The notes: generated from the sequence alone by a model not told the origin. A stretch of 63,818 nucleotides of DNA, filler included, from Octopus bimaculoides (GCF_001194135.2; 7 parts of 7 records of this genome joined end to end with filler, not necessarily neighbours in it); one strand, 5' to 3'. Counted from the whole stretch's first letter, positions 1 through 12,172 are shown. Translations and numbers: made by a program.

Positions 1-922
1 ATATATATACATATATATATATATGTATGTATGTATGTATTTATGTAGGAATGCTCTAAATATATCGAAGATTGTATCCCTAGTGACGAATGACGTACAT
101 AACAATGTAAAAGTCAGTCAACATGACGACCAAAAAAAAAAAAAGAAGCAAAATACGAACGTCAGCTTTGAGCCACGCCACCCAAACAAAATTGCTTATG
201 AGAGAGGTCAGTTACCTACTCACCTAAATATCACCCAATTAGTTCCTAAACATAGCTATAAACTACTGCTAGCGTTAGAGATTTTGCGGAATATTAAGAT
301 GGAATGATAATGCAGCTAAATGATAGATAGTGCAGGAGAATAGCGGAGGATGTGGAATGGAGGAAAGCAATTAGTTGAATGTCACATGTTGACGATCATC
401 AACAGACAAGTATCTCCTAGCAACTACATTAAAATGGAAAACCCCCAAAACGATGAATATATACAAACACACCACACAAGCCATGCATAGGTGTGTGTGT
501 ATGTGTGTTTGTATGTGTCTATCTGTGTAATGAATTATTTAATAATAGATGCTATTTTAAAGCGGATGAGTTAAAATTTGTAAAATCAGGAAATTATGAG
601 TAAAAAACAACCAGGTCGCAAAACAATCGATAGAACACATAGAGAACGGATCTGATCTGACCGAACAACTGACATATAACCGATGCATCGAAAGTGGAGG
701 AGTACATTAGGCACCAGTTGAAATATGTTATAGGAAGAACATAGTAGGGACGAACAAGAGAGATTTTGATTTTTAGGTATATTGTATTATTAACAAATAT
801 AGTTGATCATGTTATGTATAATTAATTCAGAGTTGTTCGTTGCGCTCCAAGCAGAAGTTAAAACGTCTAATTGTAATGGAGACGTAAACTCAGTCATTTG
901 TAATAAATATGGCTATGGTATA

Positions 923-977
<55 letters not shown>

Positions 978-1466
978 CTTCACTAATATGCGTATTACGC
1001 ATTACACAATACGAATTGCTCTATAAATATATATATATATATATATATAAATACATACATACATATACACTTGACAGAAAACATTCAGTGCAGTGATTGT
1101 TTGGTACTGTAACTAGACATGTTCAGTCAGACGTATCAGTCTTAACCTACGACATCAAACATCGTCACTTGAAACTAACACACGGACGTTACAGGGAACC
1201 TACAAAAGTTTCTAAAACCAGCCATGTGACTATCCTTTAGCAATCAAGCCCTATCCAATACATATACTAATATGAGCCATGACTTTCCTATAGAAATAGA
1301 ACACACTTCAAAGACTAGTCAGGAATAAGACAGTTGCGACATAAGCCAAGTCTTTCTATTTCAACATTTTAATAATCCGTTTAAACTGTGAAACCGATTA
1401 AATCTTTAAATATTGAAGACATTTTTTGACAATTCTCAGCGCTTTTTCAACTACTATTTTTCCTAC

Positions 1467-1500
<34 letters not shown>

Positions 1501-2668
1501 ATATATATATATATATATATACATGTGTGTGTGTGTGTGTGCATGCAGTGAGAGAGGGGAGGATGGAGAGAGTTGAATTGGGTATGGTGTTTGAAAATGC
1601 ACCTGAATCTCAGAACGTGCTGTCGTTCTTAAATTCTGTAACAATTTTATTCACATACCAAACTAGTTTCGGCAATTTTTTCTTCATTCTATTTATTTAT
1701 TCATTTATTTATCTAGCTATTATTGTTCGCTTACCAGTGGTAGAAATATATATATAAAGGGTTTAGGAGAGTTTAAAATTACAAGGCAAAGATTGGACAA
1801 ACATGTTTAAATCAAATGTTGAAAAGCTCACAGAAATTTCAATGAATTTCACAAGGATCTATAGTAATATCAATGTAAATGTTTGGAGATCATAAATATA
1901 CATTATTGAAAGTTCAGTTATTGAGTTTTTATATAAAAAAATGTAGAAAAGAAAGAGAAAATGGTGGAGAGAAAGGAAGAAGTTTTTTTTTTTTTACAAT
2001 TTTTGTTGTGGTGTAGTTCTTTTCCCAATTTCAGTCCAAGTGCACTGGTCTCACCACCTTCACGGCTTGTTGGATTTCGAAGGGTTTTGGGTTCGAATCT
2101 TTTAGTATGTGTATGTTTTTACGGAAGACGATCCAATTTTCGATTGGTTATAATGTCTTATTCTTTTTCTCGTGGATGTTTCGGTCAAAATATTTTTGTT
2201 TTTGACAAAGTGTAATGTTTTGGTTGGCTGGCTTCCTTGTGAAGTTCATTCCTTCTTGATCACAGTCAAGGAAGAAGGCTGGCTGGTTTTAGGATACGCG
2301 ACATCACTTTATTTTGATCCAAAATATTTATGTTTTGGCAAAATCCAACGTTCTGCCTGGTTGACTTCCTGGTAGAGAATCGGTAATTTGTTTTTTGCCT
2401 GATGTACATCTAGCGTTCTGGTTCGTTGGTTCCCTTCAGAAGTCACTATTTTTTTTTTCAGAAAGTCTCGTTTTGACCAGAGAAATATTTCGTTCGTTTC
2501 GTCTGAGGTGACGTCAGTAACTGATGTTTGAGAATATGTATAGCAATCTGGTGTTAGGGTTTCGAATCCTTGAGGAAGCCTGCTATTGAAACTTTTCGAA
2601 TTATATCTGTTGTCTCTGGTAGTTTTTTTTTTTCTGAATAAATTGGGTTTTCACTTTCCGGTGTGTTA

Positions 2669-3300
2669 TTATAGGATATTTAGTTTTGGTTTGTATTTTT
2701 TAATGAACACACCTTTCTTATTCAATCGGAATTGTGTTGAAGTATTTCCGGTGCATTCATAGAGACCGTCAATATGGCATTTTGAATGTATGTTTGCGGA
2801 ACATTGATCTAAGCGTTTACTTACTGGAATTTTATTGGTTGTAGGCCTGGGTATCGTCAATTTGTCACTCGAGATCAAACGCGTTTCATCAATGTAGTCC
2901 CCTCCACATCAAACACATTAGAAAACATAAATAAATTAATTTATTGAATGCAGAGTTGAAATGATTTTTTTATGGTAAATATTGACCTGACTTGAAATCA
3001 TATGTTGAAACTTCCATAAGACTGATGCAGATCCTACAGTTAGGGCGGTTGTATATTTTTTTTAATTAGTGGGGTTGTAGTTTTGCTCGACAATTTGACA
3101 GTAGTTGGTTTTATTATGAAGTATTAGGCAATCATTAACTTCTTTATCAAATAGTTCTTCAGTAACTCGAAATGTACTACAGAATTCCTGGATATCATTC
3201 TGTATCTTATTTAAATTCTATTTTTGTGGTACTGGGTTGAACTTCAGTCCTTTTGAGAGAATTTTGTTTTGTTGACTTGATAAGATTTTAAGAGAGAAAT
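2669..3300 (-). mobile_element. Penelope-like element remnant (N-terminal motif joined to GIY-YIG endonuclease, RT missing)
   Basis: Minus-strand translation gives SQQNKILSKGLKFNPVP..IQNDIQEFCSTFRVTEELF (~3150-3290, typical PLE N-terminus), then NRPNCRIC (~3030), CGGDYIDETR (2881-2908) and RLNKKGVFIKKYKPKLN* (ORF 2669-2878), matching the GIY-YIG C-terminus. Stops and frameshifts are present. Flanks to ~2.0 and ~3.8 kb may belong to it. Confidence 0.75.
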
Positions 3301-4499
3301 TTATAATGTTCAGAACCTAACATTTGGGTGTGGTACCACCGACTGACCCGGTTTCGGCCCAGTTTGCCTAAAAAATGGTTCCTTTGTATTTGATGCATGT
3401 AATTAGTGTTTCTGTTGATTGTCATTTTGCTAACCTTTGACCTTTTGAAGGTTTTCGGTTGTTGTCGGTTCTGTTTCTCATTTGGTCATGTCCGAAATAG
3501 TTATTCCGGAGATGTTATGCCTAGGACGTTGGTGGTTTCTGCGTGTGGAGACGTTTTTGTGTCTTTGAAAAGGGATATTTTGTTTTCTGGGTAAGGAAGC
3601 AATGGAATTTCCCACGTATGATTAGTATTTGGGTTGTTAATCGATGGTACTCTGGGGAGGGTATTGGTTATTTCATGTTTCAGATTGGCGTTGGGAATTC
3701 TTCTTTTTTTTTTTGTTGGTACTGACTTCGTTCCTCTTGTGTGAAATTAGGAAGTTTTAAAATTTTCATTAAGAAAGATTAAATGATTGATATTCTTCTT
3801 TAAACTTTTCTGATAGTGATTAAACCAATCATTGTTGTTACCCATTTTTGAAGAGAAACCAGTTCCTCGTTTGCATAGATTCGTTTCCAGAGTCGGATAT
3901 TGTTATCAAAACATTTCCATTCAGCAATTTCAAACGTTTCTCTCCGTGTATATATATATGGAGAAAAGACTTTGAAATTGCGAGAAACACTGAATCGGAA
4001 CTTCATATGTGTGTGTGTTGTTTGTTGTTATTGTTGTTCTTATTATTGTTGTTGCTGTTTTTGTTCTTGTTGTTGTCATAAAAGAAAGCAAAAACCTTGT
4101 TAAATATAACTACCTAAATTATCCTGGTTGAAACAATAATTTCTTTCGCCATGTTACAGGCTGAAAACAAGACTGTTTGTCAGTTGTCTTTGTGCAGATG
4201 ACGTTTAAACAAGAATTATGGTTAAAGAAGACAGGAAGGAAAACACAAGGGAAATGGTCAACATTGCAATAATTTGATGCTAACAGTTTACTATGTGTCC
4301 GGTGATTCTCGTCTTGTTTAAATGCCATCTGCATAAAAAAAAAGACAAACAGTTTTCTTCTCAGCTTGGAAAATGGCGAATATAATATTTCGACCAGGAA
4401 GATATGTAGATTTTATTATAACATTACCATCATTCTTTTAGCTTATCGATTGCTTTTCTAATTGTTGAAGTTTTACCACAAAATACATATACATATGAG

Positions 4500-5064
4500 A
4501 AGTAATCACTTGCTATATCGCGGCCTCAGTACATCGCGGGATTTTCTGGCTAATATATGTACATTTACATCGCCGACTCCTCAGTATATCGCGGGTATTT
4601 GCGGCTGATAGGTATTTAGATTTTTATAGATATTAATTATTTCTGTGGTGAAATAAGCATTTTCACACCTAAAAATTAATAAATTAATAAATTAAAATAC
4701 AGTAGAGTACTACACTGTATAATACATTAATTAAAGTATTTTTTTTAAAGTACATAGTGTACTGTAGATGAGTTAACAAAGAATCGCACATACTGTATGG
4801 AAAACGAAACTCGGGATGTGTAGTGTTATTTTCTGATTGTGTGGAATTGTTTTGCATTTGTGTGTAAAGTTGTGAATTTATTCCAAGCCCTACGATGTTG
4901 CCCAAACGTTCTGTACCTTGTAAAGCTTCTGGCAGTGGAACCAAGCGCCAGAGGAAGATGATTACTAAAAAACTATACAGTACAGTACTGCTTCTACTTA
5001 GCGGATTTCCACTTATCGGGTAGGGTTTTGAAACGTAACACCCGCGATAGTCGAGGGATTACTG
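4500..5064 (+). mobile_element. Tigger/pogo-type non-autonomous DNA transposon
   Basis: Left end AGTAATCACTTGCTATATCGCGG and right end CCCGCGATAGTCGAGGGATTACTG are imperfect inverted repeats of Tigger type. Internal ATG at 4895 reads MLPKRSVPCKASGSGTKRQRKMIT, like a Tigger transposase start, then is deleted. Confidence 0.75.
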
Positions 5065-5089
5065 TCTGCACACACATACACACTTAAAC

Positions 5090-5146
<57 letters not shown>

Positions 5147-5366
5147 ACATATTGTTACGAAGGAGAAATAATGTTGATGATTGCTGGACTAAACTGAAAC
5201 TTGTTTCACATTTTTCTTTGATTTGGTGGACGATTTGAACTCTAAAGGAACGCACAGTACCCGTTGGTGATGTAAAGATCGCAGAGTATAAACATGGCAG
5301 CATAAACAAACAATAAAAAACACAATCAGTGAGAAGTTGGCTTCGGAAACTGTAAGTGACAATTTA

Positions 5367-5460
5367 GCAACGACCCTGGTGTCGATTTGTTCGACTAAAG
5401 GCGGTGCTCCAGCATGGCCGCAGTCAAATGACCGAAACAAGTAAATGAATAAAAGAATAA
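5367..5460 (+). mobile_element. SINE family B, 3' end
   Basis: GTCGATTTGTTCGACTAAAGGCGGTGCTCCAGCATGGCCGCAGTCAAATGACCGAAACAAGTAAA, near-identical to the tails at ~35960-36020, ~46830-46900 and ~52240-52310. Confidence 0.85.
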
Positions 5461-5468
5461 AATACATA

Positions 5469-5716
5469 TTGGTTGGTGCATAATTACTGCGGCTTATTTT
5501 CAACAAATTTTAATCAACTAAAACAATAACAACATGTAACAAAAACATCTTTGAATGATTATTCCGGAGCATATTCACCCTCTACTTCAATTACTGCTTC
5601 CTATTTGCTTGGCAGACGGCCAGACCGTCATTTAAAGATGTTTTGTTAAATAGTGTTATTGTTTTTGTTGAATAAAATTTGTTGAAAAAAGCCGCAATAA
5701 TTATGCACCAACCAAA
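5469..5716 (-). mobile_element. Mariner-derived MITE (internal deletion derivative)
   Basis: About 60-bp TIRs beginning TTGGTTGGTGCATAATTA with flanking TA. The interior encodes a mariner-like C-terminus VIEVEGEYAPE* on the minus strand. Confidence 0.8.
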
Positions 5717-6011
5717 TATGGTAAAATATTCATCGTAACTTGCAAACCCGTTATTATGCCCAGGCACAAATAACGTTAGTAAGAAATATAAAAACAATTT
5801 TGCTGCTTGGAAGTGATTTGAAATTTCAGTTAAATTTCCCTCAAATTATTTCTAAGCATCTTAACAAATGAAGGACATTTTTCACAATATATCTTTTATT
5901 ATACAGGAAAAAAATTTAACGGTAAGAGATAAAATAATTTTGGCCAAATTTCTGCGGGATTATGCTTCTCCGGCAACCACAGATTTAGGAGTTCATTCTC
6001 TACTATTCATA

Positions 6012-6358
6012 TTCGTGGCACTTCGTCGGTTATGAAATGCTCGTGAAAAGAACGTGCAAGTGGCTGAGCACTCCACAGACGCGTGTACCTTTAACGTAGT
6101 TATCGGAGAGATTCAGCGTGATACAGTGTGTGACAAGTGTGTCTCTTTGAAATACGGGTACAACAGAAGCAGGAAGAAAGTGTCAGAGAATTTTGTGGTG
6201 AAAGAGTACAACAGGGTTCACCACCATCCCCTGCCGGAGCCTCGTGGTGCTTTAGGTGTTTGCGCTCAATAGACAATCGCAACACCCAGTCTAGGAATCG
6301 AAACCGCGATCCTACGACTGCGAGTCCGCTGCCCTAACCGCTGGGCCATTGCGCCTCC
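6012..6358 (-). mobile_element. tRNA-derived SINE family A, full length
   Basis: Reverse complement begins GGAGGCGCAATGGCCCAGCGGTTAGGGCAGCGGACTCG with A/B-box-like motifs. Homologous to 29538-29926. Direct repeat ACTATTCATA at 6002-6011 and 6361-6370 (TSD). Confidence 0.85.
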
Positions 6359-7777
6359 ACACTATTCATATAATGGGAAACACCTAACTCGTATTCATAA
6401 TGCTTATGAAGAGTATACAACAATGCTGCAAAGAACCAGCAGAGTCTACAAATAATCCTGTTTCTCTGGCAATCAATCGTTCAATAGATAGGCACTGCGT
6501 GTATATATTTAAATCTACACACAGACACACATACACAAATATTTGTGTAAAAATACATGTACGTGAATTACTATGCCTGTCTCTATATACAGGTACTAAT
6601 AGTGAGTTTAATCCATGTATGCGTACGTTTGTAGTTGCTAGTTTGTTTAATGGTAAATGTCAATGTTGGCTTTTCAGATTTCCGAAGTAACAGGTTATAT
6701 GTCAGTCAAGGCTTTCACCTTTTCTTCATTTACACTGTTTCAAGTCGTACCACTTCCATACGCCATCAACACTTCTTCAGTGCACACATATATACATATA
6801 TGTGTGTCTGTGTATGTGCGTGAGCTTGGTTGTGGGGGCGGGTATATATATATATANNNNNNNNNNNNNNNNNNNNNNNNNNNNNNNNNNNNNNNNNNNN
6901 NNNNNNNNNNNNNNNNNNNNNNNNNNNNNNNNNNNNNNNNNNNNNNNNNNNNNNNNNNNNNNNNNNNNNNNNNNNNNNNNNNNNNNNNNNNNNNNNNNNN
7001 NNNNNNNNNNNNNNNNNNNNNNNNNNNNNNNNNNNNNNNNNNNNNNNNNNNNNNNNNNNNNNNNNNNNNNNNNNNNNNNNNNNNNNNNNNNNNNNNNNNN
7101 NNNNNNNNNNNNNNNNNNNNNNNNNNNNNNNNNNNNNNNNNNNNNNNNNNNNNNNNNNNNNNNNNNNNNNNNNNNNNNNNNNNNNNNNNNNNNNNNNNNN
7201 NNNNNNNNNNNNNNNNNNNNNNNNNNNNNNNNNNNNNNNNNNNNNNNNNNNNNNNNNNNNNNNNNNNNNNNNNNNNNNNNNNNNNNNNNNNNNNNNNNNN
7301 NNNNNNNNNNNNNNNNNNNNNNNNNNNNNNNNNNNNNNNNNNNNNNNNNNNNNNNNNNNNNNNNNNNNNNNNNNNNNNNNNNNNNNNNNNNNNNNNNNNN
7401 NNNNNNNNNNNNNNNNNNNNNNNNNNNNNNNNNNNNNNNNNNNNNNNNNNNNNNNNNNNNNNNNNNNNNNNNNNNNNNNNNNNNNNNNNNNNNNNNNNNN
7501 NNNNNNNNNNNNNNNNNNNNNNNNNNNNNNNNNNNNNNNNNNNNNNNNNNNNNNNNNNNNNNNNNNNNNNNNNNNNNNNNNNNNNNNNNNNNNNNNNNNN
7601 NNNNNNNNNNNNNNNNNNNNNNNNNNNNNNNNNNNNNNNNNNNNNNNNNNNNNNNNNNNNNNNNNNNNNNNNNNNNNNNNNNNNNNNNNNNNNNNNNNNN
7701 NNNNNNNNNNNNNNNNNNNNNNNNNNNNNNNNNNNNNNNNNNNNNNNNNNNNNNNNNNNNNNNNNNNNNNNNNNNNN

Positions 7778-7835
<58 letters not shown>

Positions 7836-7836
<1 letters not shown>

Positions 7837-8432
7837 GTCACTAAAGTGAAAAGAGTACTAATCAGCACCAGTATTGCTAGAAATAAGAGTCAAAACAACT
7901 CCGTAGCCAAGAAAAACACTACCTTAATGGGCTGATGAGTGAGACAAGATCCTTTTGGTCGCAGATGCAGCCAGATCATCAATGACTTTGCGATTGGATG
8001 CCTAATGCATCCTAACGCTCATCAGTGCCTCTCACAGCGCCTAGGGTTAAATACATCTTGACTTCAATCTTAATGCTGATTTCAATCTTAATGAGAACGC
8101 TCTCCGAAGGAGCTGACAAGGGAGCCACCTATTTTATTCATAATTTTCACTTTATCGTTTTCGAAATCACAGTATGATCTCAACGAAATCTTATAAGATG
8201 ACATGGTGACATGGGTTTAACCCTAGGCGCACTGAGAGCCACTGATGAGCGTTCAGATGCATCAAGTATTTTTACGCGAAATCTTCGATGATCTGGCTGT
8301 GCCTGCGAACATTAGAAGCTTGTTTCGCTTGTCAGCCCATTAAGATAGTGCTTTTGTTGGCTACTGAGTTGTTTTCACTCCTATTTCTAGCAATACTGGT
8401 GCTGATTAGTGCCCTTTATCACTTTACTGACG
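7836..8432. mobile_element. Foldback/MITE with ~215-bp inverted arms
   Basis: 7836-8051 is the reverse complement of 8216-8432 (e.g. CTAATCAGCACCAGTATTGCTAGAAATA / TATTTCTAGCAATACTGGTGCTGATTAG; GCGCCTAGGGTTAAA / TTTAACCCTAGGCGC). TA-rich flanks. Confidence 0.85.
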
Positions 8433-8479
8433 TATATATTGCTGCCTTCAGGGTGTAAAATTGCGGATTAGCCACCAAA

Positions 8480-8520
<41 letters not shown>

Positions 8521-8687
8521 CCTATATTGTTTACATGAACTTATTCGTGTAGAAAACATCTTAAATTACAGTGCTCGCTCTGAATTGTATAGGAAATCTA
8601 TAGTTTATCATTTAACAAGGTAAACAAACAACTTATATTTTACTGTTCGAGACATATAGCCATATTTATTGTTTACAGCATATACAC

Positions 8688-8919
8688 ACACCCGCATCTG
8701 TTGTCAAGCAATGCTAGGGGGACAAACACACATACATAAATATTCATATATACGACGGGCTTCTTTCAGTTTCCGTCTACCAAATTCACTCACAAGGATT
8801 TGGTCGGCCCGAGACTATAAGTAGAAGACACTTGCCCAAGATGCCACGCAGTGGGACTGAACCCGGAACCATGTGGTTGGTAAGCAAGCTACTTACCACA
8901 CACCCACTCCTGCGCCTAT
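8688..8919 (-). mobile_element. SINE family B, head and core
   Basis: Reverse complement of ATAGGCGCAGGAGTGG..GTGGTAAGTAGCTTGCTTACCAACCACATGGTTCCGGGTTCAGTCCCACTGCGTGGCATCTTGGGCAAGTGTCTTCTAC; homologous to 46485-46905. Confidence 0.9.
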
Positions 8920-8959
8920 ATACATATATCTGTGTGTGTGTGTGCGTGTGTTCTTTTGT

Positions 8960-9156
8960 GTCTTTGACTCTGTGTTTAAACTTCCATCACATCTTGACAA
9001 CAAGTGTTGGGGGTGTTTATGTAACCGTAATCTAGCGTTTCGTCAAAATAGAATTAGACTTTAAAAAATATCTACAGGCGTCAATGTATTCGACTAAAAC
9101 GCTTAGAAGTGGTGCTCAAGCATAGCCACAGGGAAATGACTGAAACAAGTGAGAAA
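8960..9156 (+). mobile_element. Diverged SINE family B 3' half
   Basis: CTTGACAACAAGTGTTGG..TTCGACTAAAAC..GGTGCTCAAGCATAGCCACAG..AAATGACTGAAACAAGT matches the family B tail. Confidence 0.7.
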
Positions 9157-9526
9157 ATGGAAATATTGGAAGAATACTCATACATACTCATAAAACTTTT
9201 TGAAACAAAATCGAATGAAGAGGCATTAATCGCTATTCACAGCAATCGTTTCTGTGGATTGGTGACAACAATCAGTCGCTGTTTTTTCCTTATTACACTT
9301 TTACATGAACATTTTTCAAATAAATATAATCGACCAGTGGTAGTGTTTTATAATTCTGTATGTAAATTCTACATGCAGAAACGTATTTCCACATACATAT
9401 ATCCAGTAAATGCTGTAATCCCACTGCATGATAGCATATGTTAACTAATACCCGCAGAGCAGTCTTGAACTACACGTTATGAGGTTATTAACCAGATGAT
9501 ATTAAATATATATATATATATATATA

Positions 9527-9626
9527 NNNNNNNNNNNNNNNNNNNNNNNNNNNNNNNNNNNNNNNNNNNNTTAATTAATTAANNNNNNNNNNNNNNNNNN
9601 NNNNNNNNNNNNNNNNNNNNNNNNNN
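9527..9626. other. Scaffold-join spacer N44-TTAATTAATTAA-N44 (also 24779, 31869, 43134, 59652, 62505)
   Basis: An identical 12-mer centred in six 100-bp gaps; it encodes stops in all six frames. Confidence 0.9.
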
Positions 9627-9963
9627 GGTGTTTTCCCTATCTTCCTGTAGAAACTTTTGGGGTTATTTTTGAACATGTTATTATCTCGGAAAAATCTAAC
9701 ACGCTTTTCATACCTTGCTATGCGGGCAGCTTTAGCACATACCTTTTGCTTGATGGTTTCTATGGTGGCATCAATGTCAACTATGGTTTTCATATTATAT
9801 TTTTTCTTTAATTTATGGGTCTTTGTAGGTTTGATACTCTTGTCAAATTTAAGGTTTTTCAAACATTCTATGTCAGATCTAAGCAGCTTAATTTGGTGTT
9901 GAATGCGTTCTTGCCAAGAAGGTTTTTTGTGGGAGTGTTGTCTTTTTCTACCCTTTTCTTTTC

Positions 9964-9967
<4 letters not shown>
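9627..9967 (-). mobile_element. R4/Dong-type RLE LINE fragment A (pre-RT region)
   Basis: KPSWQERIQHQIKLLRSDI..LKKKYN..IETIKQKVCAKAARIARYEKRVRFFRDNNMFKNNPKSFY, homologous to the pre-RT part of fragment E (ORF 14385-15173). 5' junction abuts (ATT)n 9968-10037. Confidence 0.75.
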
Positions 9968-10039
<72 letters not shown>

Positions 10040-10277
10040 ACTACTACTATTATTATAACTACTACTATTATAACTATATACTATTATATATCTTTGCTTA
10101 CAGTTCCTAATGCACAATTATTATAGCCACAACCTTTACAGTTTTCATATCTCAAATTCTTGCAATTTCAAATTTTAAGGGATTGTATGTTTTTTGTTTT
10201 TCGTCTTTTTTCTTTATGATCCTGGAATCAAACAGACATGATGGATCAGCTAGTAAGCATTTGGTTATGTAAGCATA

Positions 10278-10630
10278 TTCTTATTTTCTAACTTCTTGTT
10301 CGTTTGAATAGGAAAGTCCCACAAAATCTTGCATTTTTCAACTCCAGCACACCTTCAACCCAATGATTGTACCATGTGTCTCCAGCTTCAAATTCTCATT
10401 TAGCTTCCAGTGTAAAACTTTTGCAGCTTTATCATGCCTCCATTTCTTATATTCTTCCTGTGCCAACTTGGAATATCCTGCAACAATGTGTGCCGCTGTC
10501 ACGGTCGAAATTCCACAGATTACATTTTTCTGACACATTTTTCTGACACATTTTCCCTCAAGTTGTTTGTTTTTATCGCTTGAACCTGGGCTGCTACAAT
10601 TAAGCTCTCTGTTTCTTTATTTAATCCCCC
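10278..10630 (-). mobile_element. R4/Dong-type LINE fragment B
   Basis: KETESLIVAAQVQAIKTN..HIVAGYSKLAQEEYKKWRHDKAAKVLHWKL..KILWDFPIQTN (degenerate zinc-knuckle region). Confidence 0.8.
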
Positions 10631-10634
10631 CCCA

Positions 10635-10848
10635 CTTAGCGACATTTCGTCTGTCTTTACGTTCTGAGTTCAGATTCCGCCGAGATCGACTTTGCCTTTC
10701 ATCTTTTCGGGGTCGATAAATTAAGTACCAGTGAAACAGTGGGTCGATGTAATCGACTGGTTCCCCCCACCAACATTTCAGGCCTTGTGCTTTTAGTAGA
10801 AAGGATTATTATTATTAGTATAATAAGGCGGCGAGCTGGCAGAATCGT
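10635..10848 (+). mobile_element. SINE family C body plus second head
   Basis: CATTTCGTCTGTCTTTACGTTCTGAGTTCAGATTCCGCCGAGATCGACTTTGCCTTTCATC..GTCGATAAATTAAGTACCAG..AGTAGAAAGGATTATT, then GGCGGCGAGCTGGCAGAATCGTT. Confidence 0.85.
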
Positions 10849-10849
10849 T

Positions 10850-12172
10850 CGGTCTTGTTTGTTCTGGGTGATTTGGGAGAGCGAACAGTAGCCTACTGTC
10901 AGAGCTCTCACAGGATTTCTTTCCGCACATTATAAGCTTTGATACTTGGTTGTTAACTATCGTGGGAGACATTCAACATCTAAGTACCAATCTCAAAATC
11001 TTAGCTGTTCCCAGTAGAGCAGTTTTTTGGGCTTGCTCTGTCAATTCCGATTTCTTTGACATATTTCTCGAACTTGGCTGTTAGTGCTCCGAGTGCTCCT
11101 ACAACTACTGGAATGACAGACGCTCTATTCATAGTCCACGTTCTTGTAATTTCGTCTTTTAGTAGTCTTTACTTTTCAGTCTTTTCTAGTTCTTTGTCAC
11201 TTATGCGTGCATTCCCAGCTATTGCAAAATCTATAATCTTGGTTTCCTTCTTCGCTTTATCTACCACAACAGTATCTGGTCTCCGATCATCGATTAGAGA
11301 GTCACACTAGATTGTAAAATCCCACAGTATCTTATATTACTTGTTCTCGGTGACTCTTTCTGTTTCATTTTCGTACCATTTCCGTGCTCTGTCTAGGCCG
11401 TACTTTTCACATAGCCTCCAGTGGACGAACTTAGTCACGTTATCGTGCCTCCTTTTGTAGTGCTTTTGGGCCAGATTGCTACACTCACTCACAATGTGTG
11501 AAATTGTTTCGTTTCTGCTGCCACACATCCTACAAAGGGGCGATTCGCTACTCTTATCTCTCTTATCTATTTGGAACTTGGTGTAATTAGTTCTTAGAGC
11601 TTGTTCCTGGGCGATGCATATCAATGCCTTAGTACATCCTTTCAGATCACTTTTTCTTAGCCATCTCCAAGTGTTGATCTTGTTTTTTCCTTCGATTTTT
11701 CTGAGGTATTGCACATGAGGTGGTTTCATTTTCCAGTTGTTTACTCTTTTTTCTTCATCTTGTTTCTTAAATGTTTGTGGGTGCATCACATTTTCGTAGG
11801 TATTGTTAATTCTAACAGCGGCAAGCAAGGACTCACTCTCCTCTTTGATGTACCATCCCAGACTGTTCTTCTCGCTGACAACACAAGTCTTGCATCCTAT
11901 GAGACCTCTTCCACCTCGGTTTCTAGGCACATACAGTCTGTCAGTATCGCTTTTGTGGATGTAGTTCCTTGTTAATTGTCCCCATTTTTCTAGTTTCCAT
12001 GTCTATTTCTTCAAACTCGTTCTTTGCCTACCTAACAACACCTGCGACATATCGCATTAAAGAAACAGCTCATGTGTTCATTGCTCTGGTTTTGCTTGTC
12101 CATTGAATCTACTTCTCATAATTAACTTGGTTCTTCTGAGATATTCTCACCTAATGCTTTCCTTCATTCCAC
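10850..12172 (-). mobile_element. R4/Dong-type LINE fragment C (3' 1.3 kb)
   Basis: ORF 11337-11930 has the CCHC knuckle CRMCGSRNETISHIVSEC. Downstream are the RLE motif RRPDTVVVDKAKKETKIIDFAIAG and the C-terminus ALLGTAKILRLVLRC*. Confidence 0.92.

Noticed and set aside
6657-7935. Long ORFs of 200-430 aa in the track (here and at every other gap)
   Set aside because: They are open only because they run through N; the flanks are microsatellite translations.
9571-9582. TTAATTAATTAA (contains a PacI site) as a recurring biological motif
   Set aside because: Always centred in exactly 100 bp of N; it is an assembly spacer.
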